Shown piece by piece: positions 7,722 to 16,014 of a DNA stretch of 51,599 nucleotides. The stretch lies in contig JBHIAH010000012.1 in NCBI GenBank assembly GCA_046758505.1, positions 1-51,599 of the forward strand, read 5' to 3'. The stretch's first letter is position 1. Every line of letters begins with the position of its first letter. The notes under the pieces were generated by a model that worked only from the letters and a program-made list of their open reading frames with translations, did no database searches and was not told the origin of the DNA. A program made the translations under genes and the position numbers. This DNA comes from Candidatus Methylomirabilales bacterium (GTDB lineage Bacteria; Methylomirabilota; Methylomirabilia; Methylomirabilales; CSP1-5).

Positions 7722-8318
7722 TCAGAGTTTCCGGCGGACCGGCACCGGCTTCAGGAAGATGTTGCTCGGCCCCACGCCGAAGAGATCGATGTCCAGAACC
7801 TCCCGCCCCATCTTCTTCACCTTGGCTAGCAGCGCGTCCCGCCCGCCGAACTCGATGGCGTTGGTCGGGCAGACCATTACGCAGGCCGCGCGATTCCCGC
7901 CCGGGGCACTGGCCGGACGCTCTAACTTATGGGCGCAGAAGGTACACTTGTCCGACTGGAAGTACCCAAACCTGCTCTTGACCGGCGTGAGCTTCACCGC
8001 GCCGTAGGGGCAGGCCGTCACGCACATCTGCGCGCCCACACACCTGTCCCGCTTGAAGAGCACGATCCCGTCCTCCCGTTTCTCCAGTGCCTTGCCGTCC
8101 ACCGGGCAAGACGCGACGCACGGGGGGAACTCGCACTGCTGGCAGTTCATGAACACGGCGTAGGCCGCCGGGTTCTTGCGCTGATCGGGCCCGACGAGGA
8201 CAACGTCGTTGCGCTGCCACTGGGAGCCTACGTGGTTCTCGACCTTGCAGGCCACCACACAGGCCCGGCACATCGTGCATTTACCCGGATCCACGAGAAA
8301 GGCATACTTCTGAGCCAT
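7722..8318 (-). CDS. Four-cluster Fe-S subunit (DmsB/PsrB/ArrB-like)
   Basis: CTMCRACVVAC, CQQCEFPPCVASCP, CVGAQMCVTACP and CTFC...ACVMVCP motifs. Confidence 0.93.
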   Translation of the reverse strand: MAQKYAFLVDPGKCTMCRACVVACKVENHVGSQWQRNDVVLVGPDQRKNPAAYAVFMNCQQCEFPPCVASCPVDGKALEKREDGIVLFKRDRCVGAQMCVTACPYGAVKLTPVKSRFGYFQSDKCTFCAHKLERPASAPGGNRAACVMVCPTNAIEFGGRDALLAKVKKMGREVLDIDLFGVGPSNIFLKPVPVRRKL

Positions 8319-8356
8319 TGGCTATCTCCTCTCCCCTTTCCCCCCCCAATGATCCC

Positions 8357-11035
8357 CTACACCTTGCTGATGCGACAGAGCTGGCACTTGTACTCGTTCT
8401 GGCCCGAAAGGGTGTCGTAGTAGTGAGCGGTCAGCTTGTTGACCGTGGGCCAAGCCTTCCGTCCTACATCCCCATGGACTTTCTGCTTATCCCCGAAGGT
8501 ATGGGGGATGAACACCGTGTTCTCCTGGATCCCGTCCCACACCAGAGCCACCGCCTCAATGGCGTCGCGGGGCGTCTCTACCCGGATCGTGTCGCCGGTT
8601 TTGACACCCAACTTTTTGGCCAGCTTGGGATGCATCTGGCAGTAGCGGTCCCCGCTGATCTGCACCAGGCTCCAGGCCCAGTGGGTGATGGTGTGGAAGT
8701 GCGCCACGCTGGGGCGGCCGGTGGTGAGCTGGATGGGGTACTTCTCCCGCAGCCTGCGGTCCGGCTTGACGCCGATCTTCACCTTGTGCACGACGTTGCC
8801 GGCCGGGGAGTTCCACCACCCCCACGCCATGGGTACGAACTTGTCCAGGTACCGGAGCGTCGGGTTGCCGTCCATGTTCTCCGGCGACATGTAGAACTCG
8901 GGGATTGAGCTGTGGCCTAGCTTCCGGAGTTCCTTGTCGTGCTTGGGGTGGTAGATGACGATCTTGTCCAGCCCGAACCGCTTCTTGTTGTCCGGGAAGC
9001 GGGCGCCGCCGAAGAGCCCCTTCCACCAGTCGGCGTCCGCGTACATGACGCTGGTGCCCGGGTGGCCGCCGTCACGGGCGCGCTGACCGGTCCTCAGGGC
9101 CCTGGTCACCGGGTGGTCAGCCGGCGGGCATGGGGCGCGCAGCACCACGGTCTTCCTGGCAAAGGCGCCCGTCCCGCCCGGCTGGTCAATCATGGCCTCC
9201 ATGCGGTCGGCGGTGATGCCACCGGCCCAGGCGCCGGCGTTGGGGGCGGCCACGGTGTTCCACAGCCGGCGTTTGTCGGTCCCCCACCAGGTGGGGAAGT
9301 TCTCCGTCCAGTACTCCTTGGACATCTTGGTGTCGAACTTGGCCATGGTCTGGGCCAGCTCGGCGTAGATGAGCATCTCGTTCTTGGCCTCGCCGATGGG
9401 ATCCACGACCTTGTGGCGGAACATCACCGCCCGATCCATGCGTCGATGGACGTGATCCATCTCGTAGAAGGTCGTTGTGGGCAGGACATAGTCGGCATAG
9501 TGGGCGATCTCCTCGGGGAAGAGGCCCATGTAGACCGTAAAAAGCCTCCTGTACGCCTCCTCGGCCCGGTTGGCGTCGGAGTTCTGGGTGAGGGGGTTGC
9601 CGTGGTAGATCACCGCCTTGATGGGGTAGGGCTTTCCCTCCAGCACAGCGCGGGGCAAGTAGTCGGGCTGAGGCGGGATGCCGGGCTTCTTGAAGGCATT
9701 CTCCTTGAGCCACTTCTTGTCGGCCTCGGTCTTGGCCTCAACGGCGGGCAGCGAGAGCCCCACCCCCGAGTTGTGCTGCGACACGTGGCCCCCGCCGGGG
9801 ATGCCGACGTTTCCGGTGATGGCCACCAGGAAGGAGATGACACGCTCACAGTCCACGGCGTTCACGTGGTGGTTGATGCCGGCGTTGGTGACAACGGAGG
9901 CTGGCTTCGTGGTCGCGTAGGCGCGGGCCACATTCTTGATCGTCTCAGCCGGAATCCCGGTGATGGACGCTGCCCACTCGGGGGAGTAGCCCTTCCCGTT
10001 GACGAACTTCACCAGCTCGTCGAAGCCCGCGACCCACTTGTTGACGAACTCTCTGTCGTGAAGGTTGTTGTTCACGATGTAGTGGATCATGCCGTAGACC
10101 AGGGCCATGTCGGTCCCAGGCTTGACGGGCAACCACAGGTCGGCTTGGAACGCGGTCGACGTGTAGCGCGGGTCCACCACCACCCACGTCGCACCGGTAG
10201 CTTCCTTGCGCCGTCGCATCCAGCCGAACATTACCGGGTGCAGCTCGGCGTCGTTGCTGCCAAAGGTCATCATGAACTTGGTGTCGCCGAGGTCGTAGCT
10301 CCCGGTGAGAGGATCCCACCCCCACCCGTTGGTCTGGCCTCCCCCGCCGCCGAAGACCCAGTTGATCGCCATCCAGCCGGCGTCGTTGCAGATGTACCCC
10401 TCGTGGGTGGGGTTGGAGCTCCCCAGCATGTGCAGGAGGCGGAACATGGGCGGGCCGCCATCCCGGGAGACCCGGTCGGTGGTCTTGGCCGCGATGACGT
10501 GCGGACCCTCGGTGTCCCGCAGCTCCAGGAGCTTCCGGGCGATCTCCTCGTAGGCCTGCGTCCAGGAGATGGGTTGGAAGTCCAGGCTGGGCTTCGGGCC
10601 GACTCGCTTCAAGGGACGGGTGATGCGGTACTTGTTGTAGAGGAGCTGGAGGATCCCCGCGCGTCCCTTGGCGCAGAGGGCGCCGTCTTCTTCGTTCTCC
10701 GTGTCGGCCTGGACCGGGTTCTTCGGCTCGCCGTAGACATTGACCACCTGACCGTTCTTGACGTGGACCAGGTGCCAGCAGGCCACGGGGCAGAAGGAGC
10801 AGCCGTTGCGGACCACCGTGTCCACGGGCCAAGAGTCCCCCGTATCCCCAGGGAGGCGGACATTGGTGAGGGTGAAGGGCGCCCGCTCCCACTCCGCCCG
10901 GCCGGTCCATTTGTTCCAGGGTCGGGTGAACGCGGCCTCGCGACCGAAGGCCTGGCCGACGCCCGCGCCCGCACCGGCGATCGCCGGACCGGCTACCTTC
11001 AAGAAGCTCCTTCGAGTCAGCCTGACGGAACTCAT
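8357..11035 (-). CDS. Tat-exported Mo/W-bisPGD oxidoreductase catalytic subunit (DMSO reductase family)
   Basis: TRRSFLK Tat motif; CSFCPVAC...LCAKG [4Fe-4S]; VVVDPRYT, KPGTD, ADYVLP, LTTGR and MHPKLA..GD motifs. GGAGG lies 5 nt before ATG 11035. Confidence 0.95.
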   Translation of the reverse strand: MSSVRLTRRSFLKVAGPAIAGAGAGVGQAFGREAAFTRPWNKWTGRAEWERAPFTLTNVRLPGDTGDSWPVDTVVRNGCSFCPVACWHLVHVKNGQVVNVYGEPKNPVQADTENEEDGALCAKGRAGILQLLYNKYRITRPLKRVGPKPSLDFQPISWTQAYEEIARKLLELRDTEGPHVIAAKTTDRVSRDGGPPMFRLLHMLGSSNPTHEGYICNDAGWMAINWVFGGGGGQTNGWGWDPLTGSYDLGDTKFMMTFGSNDAELHPVMFGWMRRRKEATGATWVVVDPRYTSTAFQADLWLPVKPGTDMALVYGMIHYIVNNNLHDREFVNKWVAGFDELVKFVNGKGYSPEWAASITGIPAETIKNVARAYATTKPASVVTNAGINHHVNAVDCERVISFLVAITGNVGIPGGGHVSQHNSGVGLSLPAVEAKTEADKKWLKENAFKKPGIPPQPDYLPRAVLEGKPYPIKAVIYHGNPLTQNSDANRAEEAYRRLFTVYMGLFPEEIAHYADYVLPTTTFYEMDHVHRRMDRAVMFRHKVVDPIGEAKNEMLIYAELAQTMAKFDTKMSKEYWTENFPTWWGTDKRRLWNTVAAPNAGAWAGGITADRMEAMIDQPGGTGAFARKTVVLRAPCPPADHPVTRALRTGQRARDGGHPGTSVMYADADWWKGLFGGARFPDNKKRFGLDKIVIYHPKHDKELRKLGHSSIPEFYMSPENMDGNPTLRYLDKFVPMAWGWWNSPAGNVVHKVKIGVKPDRRLREKYPIQLTTGRPSVAHFHTITHWAWSLVQISGDRYCQMHPKLAKKLGVKTGDTIRVETPRDAIEAVALVWDGIQENTVFIPHTFGDKQKVHGDVGRKAWPTVNKLTAHYYDTLSGQNEYKCQLCRISKV

Positions 11036-11265
11036 GCCCACCTCCGCTTAAGCGTGACCGGCTTTCTCACCATTGCCTGTTCGAAGAGCCCGGCAATCCG
11101 CTGCTCATAGCCTGGATCTCCAATGGATGGGTCGCCCATGCGGAACGGCGCGTCAGGGGACGGCTTAGCCGCCATGACCCCTTTCGCCGGCGAGAGCATG
11201 AAAGCCGCGCTCCCCCCGACCGCCCCTATCAGGACGTCCCTTCGCGTCAGCCTGGAATCGCCCAT
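11032..11265 (-). CDS. Small twin-arginine (Tat) signal-bearing protein, first gene of the Mo-enzyme operon
   Basis: RLTRRDVL followed by a hydrophobic segment and VMA. Its stop overlaps the catalytic subunit start (ATGA); GGGGGTGAG RBS-like sequence upstream. Confidence 0.65.
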   Translation of the reverse strand: MGDSRLTRRDVLIGAVGGSAAFMLSPAKGVMAAKPSPDAPFRMGDPSIGDPGYEQRIAGLFEQAMVRKPVTLKRRWA

Positions 11266-11382
11266 GACTCACCCCCTGGCCGATTATTCGTAGAGCTCGC
11301 CCCCGATCCTCTTTCGCTCAGAAAACAGACCGTCCCGGCACAAAGAACCACCTCCGTTCTAAGGCCGGACTAACTTACATAA

Positions 11383-11399
11383 GGCAAACCTGATGCCAG
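11383..11399 (-). promoter_or_regulatory. Sigma-54 (-24/-12) promoter of the Mo-enzyme operon
   Basis: Minus strand CTGGCATCAGGTTTGCC = GG-N10-GC, next to a sigma-54 activator gene. Confidence 0.8.
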
Positions 11400-11517
11400 A
11401 CCTGGTGAGAAGCAACGCGGCCTTCGGGATAACCTCCCAAAGGCCGTTCGCAAAAGGGCAAGATCGAACCGCCCCTCACCTTGTGGGGGCGTGGACGGCG
11501 TGAAGACAGAGCCGGAC

Positions 11518-11569
11518 TGTTACAGCATGCAACGCCCTGCGGGCGCTAGCACCGTTCAAGAGTGAAACG
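11518..11569. promoter_or_regulatory. Tandem palindromic upstream activator sequences for the sigma-54 activator
   Basis: TGTTACA-GCA-TGCAACG (11518-11534) and CGTTCAA-GAG-TGAAACG (11553-11569), 35 bp apart and ~120-170 bp upstream of the -24 element. Confidence 0.55.
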
Positions 11570-12943
11570 TTAAGATGGGGGGGTGATCTGGTACTCCTTG
11601 AGCTTCCGCCACAGGGTCGTCCGGCTGATGCCGAGCTCCTCGGCCGCCTTCGTCTGGTTCCATCCATGGTCGTAGAGGGCCGAAAGGATCCGGCCCTCCT
11701 CCAGCTCGGCAAGGGTCATGCGCCTTCCAGGAGGAGAAGATTTGAGGTCGCCCTGGCCGAGGAGGCTGGGGGGAAGGTCGTCTGGCATGAGGAGTTCCGA
11801 CCGGCCGAGGACCACCGCCCGCTCGATCGCCTTTTCCAGCTCCCGAACGTTCCCAGGCCAGGCGTAGCCGACGAGCCCCTCCATGGCCTCGGAGGAGATC
11901 CCTTTCACCTTCCTCCCCAACCGCTGGCCAAAGAGCTTCAAGAAGTGGGTGGCCAAGGCGATGACGTCTTCCCTGCGCTCTCTCAGAGGGGGGATCGGCA
12001 GGACGATACCGTTGAGGCGATAGTAGACGTCCTCTCGAAAGGTCCCGTTCTCGACAAGGCCCTTCAGATCCTGATTCGTTGCGGCGAGGATCCGGATGTC
12101 GATCCGGACGGGCGTTGTGCTGCCCACCCGCCGGATCACCTGCTCCTGGAGGACCCTCAGGAGCTTTGCCTGGGTGGACGGCGGCATCCCCCCAACCTCG
12201 TCCAGGAAGATGGTCCCGCCATCCCCCTCCTCGAAGAGTCCCTTCTTCGCGCCCAGGGCTCCGGTGAAGGCCCCCTTCACGTGGCCGAAGAGTTCGCTCT
12301 CCAAGAGGCTCTCGGGGAGGGTGGCGCAGTCGATAGCGATGAAGGGGCGCCCGGCCCGGGGGCTCCAGGCATGGATGGCCCGGGCGATGACCTCTTTCCC
12401 CGTCCCACTCTCCCCTTGGATCAGGACGGTCGCGTCGGTCTTGGCCACCTGGGAAGCTGTCTCCAAGACCTTCTGCAACTTCACGCTCTTCGCGACGATG
12501 GTGTCGAAGCTGTACCGCTCCCGGACCTGATCGCGAAGGTATCGCACCTCCTCCAGGAGCCTCCTCCGCTCCAGGGCCTTCTGGATCGTCAGAAGCATTT
12601 CCTCTGGCTCGAAAGGCTTCGCCACGTAGTCGACGGCCCCGAGCTTCATGGCCTCCACTGCCGAGCCTATACTCCCGTAGGCAGTTAAGACGATCACCTC
12701 GGGGCGAGGGCTCACCTTCTTTGCGGCCTTCAAGACCTCGATCCCCCCGTCTCCCGCCATTCTGAGATCGGTGACGACGAGATCGTAGGGCTCATGTTCC
12801 AGCCTCCTGATGGCCTCCCCGGTCTCTGCAGCCTCGTCCACGCGATAGCCTGCCCGTTTCAGGAGGATGGAGAGGGTGAGCCGCGCCGAGGGCTCGTCAT
12901 CGACGATGAGGAGGGAAGGTTCTCTGGCTCCGGCAGGCTTCAT
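11570..12943 (-). CDS. Sigma-54-dependent response regulator (NtrC family; AioR/ArxR-like position)
   Basis: Receiver domain (VDDE, DLRM, K), GESGTGKE, GAFTGA, FLDEV, WPGNVREL and Fis-type HTH. Confidence 0.95.
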   Translation of the reverse strand: MKPAGAREPSLLIVDDEPSARLTLSILLKRAGYRVDEAAETGEAIRRLEHEPYDLVVTDLRMAGDGGIEVLKAAKKVSPRPEVIVLTAYGSIGSAVEAMKLGAVDYVAKPFEPEEMLLTIQKALERRRLLEEVRYLRDQVRERYSFDTIVAKSVKLQKVLETASQVAKTDATVLIQGESGTGKEVIARAIHAWSPRAGRPFIAIDCATLPESLLESELFGHVKGAFTGALGAKKGLFEEGDGGTIFLDEVGGMPPSTQAKLLRVLQEQVIRRVGSTTPVRIDIRILAATNQDLKGLVENGTFREDVYYRLNGIVLPIPPLRERREDVIALATHFLKLFGQRLGRKVKGISSEAMEGLVGYAWPGNVRELEKAIERAVVLGRSELLMPDDLPPSLLGQGDLKSSPPGRRMTLAELEEGRILSALYDHGWNQTKAAEELGISRTTLWRKLKEYQITPPS

Positions 12944-14737
12944 CTACGCCTCTCCTCCATGTACGGGCAGGGCGATGATCACTTTCGTTCCCTTCCCCTC
13001 CTCGCTCTCCGCCGCGATCCGGCCCGCATGGGCTTCGACGACCCGAAGGGCGATGGCCAGTCCCAGGCCGAGGCCGTCCGGCTTCCTGCTGTAAAACGGT
13101 TCGAAGACCTTGCCGAGTTCCTCCCTGGGGATGCCTCGGCCCGTATCCTCGACGGTGATGAGCACCTTCCCGTCGCTCGAGGAAGTGGAGAGGGAAAGCG
13201 TGCCACCGTCGTCCATGGCTTGAAGGGCGTTCAAGGCGATGTTCCAAAGAGCCTGCTTGATCTGGTCGGCGTCCACCAAGAGGGAAGGGACAAGCGGGTT
13301 CAAGGCCCTCCGGATCTCCTTTCCCTTCGCGGCCTCGTCGTACCTCAAGGCTTCCAGGGTCTCCTCAGCCAGAGCGTTGACGTTACAGGACACGAGGTTC
13401 GGCGGGCGCGGCCTGGCGAACCGGAGAAAATCGGTCAAGAGCCTGTTCAGCCTCCTCGCTTCGTGCTTCACGACCCTCAGGAGGGCGAGATGATCGGCGT
13501 TGATCGTGACTCCCTGATCATAGGTAAGAAGGTTAGCGGCGGTGTAAATGGAGCCGAGGGGGTTTCTGATCTCGTGGGCCATCGCCCCCGCCAGCTCCCC
13601 GATGGAGGCCAGCCGTTCGCTCGTGATCAGCCGTTGCTCCAGCTCCTTCCTTTCGGTGATGTCCTTGCCGATCCCGAGCGTGCCGACGACCCGGCCCCCG
13701 TTATCCTTCAATGGGGACGTGCTCATGACGAGAATGGCGCGGCGGCCCCTGGCATCTCGAATCTCGACCTCCGAGGCGTGGTCATCTTCCCCCGAACCCT
13801 TCAGGAGCAGGGCGTCCAGGGGCCGCCCCACCAAGTCGTCCCGGCGGTACCCGAGCTCCTCGAACTTCCGGTTGACGTAGGTGATTCCGCCCTCTCCGTC
13901 GAGGGTGCAGATGAAATCGTTGGCGTTCTCGAGTAGGTCCTCGAGATACTGTTTCGTCTGCTGGATTTCCCCGACTTTCTCTCCGAGGTTCCTGACCATC
14001 TTGTCGAAAGATTCGGCCAGGCGCCCGATCTCATCCTTCTCAACGGTCCTCACGGAGACCTCCCGCTGGAATCCCCCCCGGCTGAGCTCCTCCACGCTGC
14101 GCGTGAGCTCTCGAAGGGGCCGGGCGATTCGTCTGGATATTACGAGGCCCAAAGAGAATCCTGACAGGGCCAGGAGCCCGGCGATGAGGAGCAGCTCCCT
14201 TTTGGCCCTCTGCAGGACCCTCTCCAGGGATTCCTTGCTGATCCCCGCGCGGACGACGCCGATCTTCTTCCCGCCCAGGACCACAGGGGCCACCACCTCG
14301 TATCCCATCCCCCCCGCAGGAAGGGGGAAGATCGAGGTCCGATCGGCCCTGAGGGTGTCATCGAGCAGAGGGTCCCGGGGGTTCCGGGCCGCGATGGAGT
14401 AGCCGTCGGGATGAGAGTGCGCCAGGAGCTCGCCTTTCATGTTCAAGACCATGGCGTAGAGCATGGGAGGACCCCCTCGGCCGATGTCCCGGGAGAGCTT
14501 GTACAGCTCCCAGATGTCTTCCCGCAAGAGCGGATCGAGGCTCACCCGGGCGAGATGCTCGGCGGTGATCCTCCCCTGGCGGAGCAGCTGCTCCTCCATC
14601 ACCGCCTCCTGTTTCCTGATGGCGTACCAGCCAATGGCCAGGGTGACGCCGTAGACGACGACGAAGAGCGTGAGAGAGAGCTTCGTGCCTATCGTCCAGG
14701 TCAACGGTAGCCGGAAAAGACGGGAGAACTTCCTCAC
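12944..14737 (-). CDS. Sensor histidine kinase (periplasmic Cache-like, HAMP, PAS, HisKA, HATPase; AioS/ArxS-like position)
   Basis: Two TMs, DEIGRLA HAMP, PAS, AHEIRNPL, NALQAM, DTGRGI and GLGLGL. Confidence 0.93.
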   Translation of the reverse strand: MRKFSRLFRLPLTWTIGTKLSLTLFVVVYGVTLAIGWYAIRKQEAVMEEQLLRQGRITAEHLARVSLDPLLREDIWELYKLSRDIGRGGPPMLYAMVLNMKGELLAHSHPDGYSIAARNPRDPLLDDTLRADRTSIFPLPAGGMGYEVVAPVVLGGKKIGVVRAGISKESLERVLQRAKRELLLIAGLLALSGFSLGLVISRRIARPLRELTRSVEELSRGGFQREVSVRTVEKDEIGRLAESFDKMVRNLGEKVGEIQQTKQYLEDLLENANDFICTLDGEGGITYVNRKFEELGYRRDDLVGRPLDALLLKGSGEDDHASEVEIRDARGRRAILVMSTSPLKDNGGRVVGTLGIGKDITERKELEQRLITSERLASIGELAGAMAHEIRNPLGSIYTAANLLTYDQGVTINADHLALLRVVKHEARRLNRLLTDFLRFARPRPPNLVSCNVNALAEETLEALRYDEAAKGKEIRRALNPLVPSLLVDADQIKQALWNIALNALQAMDDGGTLSLSTSSSDGKVLITVEDTGRGIPREELGKVFEPFYSRKPDGLGLGLAIALRVVEAHAGRIAAESEEGKGTKVIIALPVHGGEA

Positions 14738-15636
14738 GGCTTCCTCGGCCTCTGCGCGACGGGGCTTGTCCGCTTCTTTTTCGCGTTAAAAGCCTCAACG
14801 AATCTCCGCATCCGCCGAATGCTATCGTAGTGGCTATCAGGGACCTCTTCGAATCGGTCGATCATGAGCTTCTTGAGGATCTCGCCCCCCTCGCGATCCT
14901 GGTGCATATTCAGAAAAGCTTGGCGGAGCTTCCGCTTCTGGGCGGGATCGAGATCCGGCCGCACAACGACCGGCGTCATTCCGTAATACGGGGACCTGGC
15001 CACCACCCGGGTCTGAGCCGTCAGAGCGGGACGCACAACGTTGAGGTACTCCCAGATGTAGCTATCGACGCTGGCCCCATCCACCAGCTTCACCGCCACC
15101 GCCTCGACGTTCGCGCTGTGGCTATACGTGAAGATATACCTGCGAAAGTAGGTCTCAGGGGTTTCCCCCATGGTGGCCAGCCGGTAGGTGGGGGCCAGCT
15201 TCCCGGAGTTCGAGAGCGGGTCGGAGAACGCATAGAGCTTGCCGCGGAGATCCTCCAGGGATCGAGCGGGGCTGTCCTTCGGGACGATGACGTAGGACTG
15301 GTAGAGCGGTTTGCCGTTGAAAATGGGCGCAACGAGGAGTTCCTCGCCGAACTTCTCCCTGTCGATGACGTACGGCAGGCCGCAGACAAAGGCAGCATCC
15401 ACCAGCCCTCGCTCCAGCAGGTCGCTCATCTCCTGATAGCTCTTCCGATGGACGATCACGGTTGTCCTCCCCAGCTTCCGCCCGATGTAGATCATCATCT
15501 CCTCGTTGAGGCTCCGGTTGTGCTCCACCAGGACCCCCGTGATCCCGATCCGTAAGGGTTCGTCGGCGGTGGAGCTGTCCGTGGCAAGGAAGGTGACGAA
15601 GAGGAGGAACGATAGGAGGCTCAAGTTTTTCTTCAC
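14734..15636 (-). CDS. PhnD-type periplasmic oxyanion-binding protein (AioX/ArxX/ArrX-like)
   Basis: Signal peptide; AFVCGLPY, YQSYVIV, FSDPLSNSG, YSHSANVEAV and DGASVDSYIWE motifs. Translationally coupled to the kinase rather than to a transporter. Confidence 0.85.
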   Translation of the reverse strand: MKKNLSLLSFLLFVTFLATDSSTADEPLRIGITGVLVEHNRSLNEEMMIYIGRKLGRTTVIVHRKSYQEMSDLLERGLVDAAFVCGLPYVIDREKFGEELLVAPIFNGKPLYQSYVIVPKDSPARSLEDLRGKLYAFSDPLSNSGKLAPTYRLATMGETPETYFRRYIFTYSHSANVEAVAVKLVDGASVDSYIWEYLNVVRPALTAQTRVVARSPYYGMTPVVVRPDLDPAQKRKLRQAFLNMHQDREGGEILKKLMIDRFEEVPDSHYDSIRRMRRFVEAFNAKKKRTSPVAQRPRKP

Positions 15637-15640
15637 GGGG

Positions 15641-15997
15641 CTATCTCCCCTGTGTCAGGACTGCGTGTTTGAGACGCCCGTATTCCGGCATCACTGAAGC
15701 GCGCCACGTTCTTGAAGTCGCCGAGGGCCACTCCTGCGCCCGGTGGCCGGCGGGGAAGACGCCTCGCGTGTAGGGGTAGTCCCCGGGGAACCCGAGATCC
15801 CGGAGGTAATCCCTCCCCTGGACGTCCAGGGGAGTGTAGAGCAGTTTCAGCGGAAGACCCGACTGCGTCCGGGCCTCCCGATCGTCCTGCGCACAGGCGC
15901 CGAGGATCGCCCGCACCCGCTTCTCGTACGCCTGACGGGCCCTCTTGAACTGTCTCAGCGCTTCCGCGGGCCCCATCGCCTCGCCCTGAATCCCCAT
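15641..15997 (-). pseudogene. 5'-only remnant of the mutase large subunit
   Basis: ATG 15997: MGIQGEAMGPAEALRQFKRARQAYEKRVRAILGAC...PGDYPYTRGVFPAGHRAQEW is nearly identical to the N-terminus of 1185..2846. Homology stops at ~15728 and the frame ends at 15641. Confidence 0.88.
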
Positions 15998-16014
15998 GGT
16001 CGTTTCCCTTCCCC

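Noticed and set aside
8357..11035. Naming the Mo enzyme arrA, arxA, aioA, fdh or nxrA
   Set aside because: It lacks the signatures I recall for these clades, has no Rieske partner and has no in-frame Sec codon.
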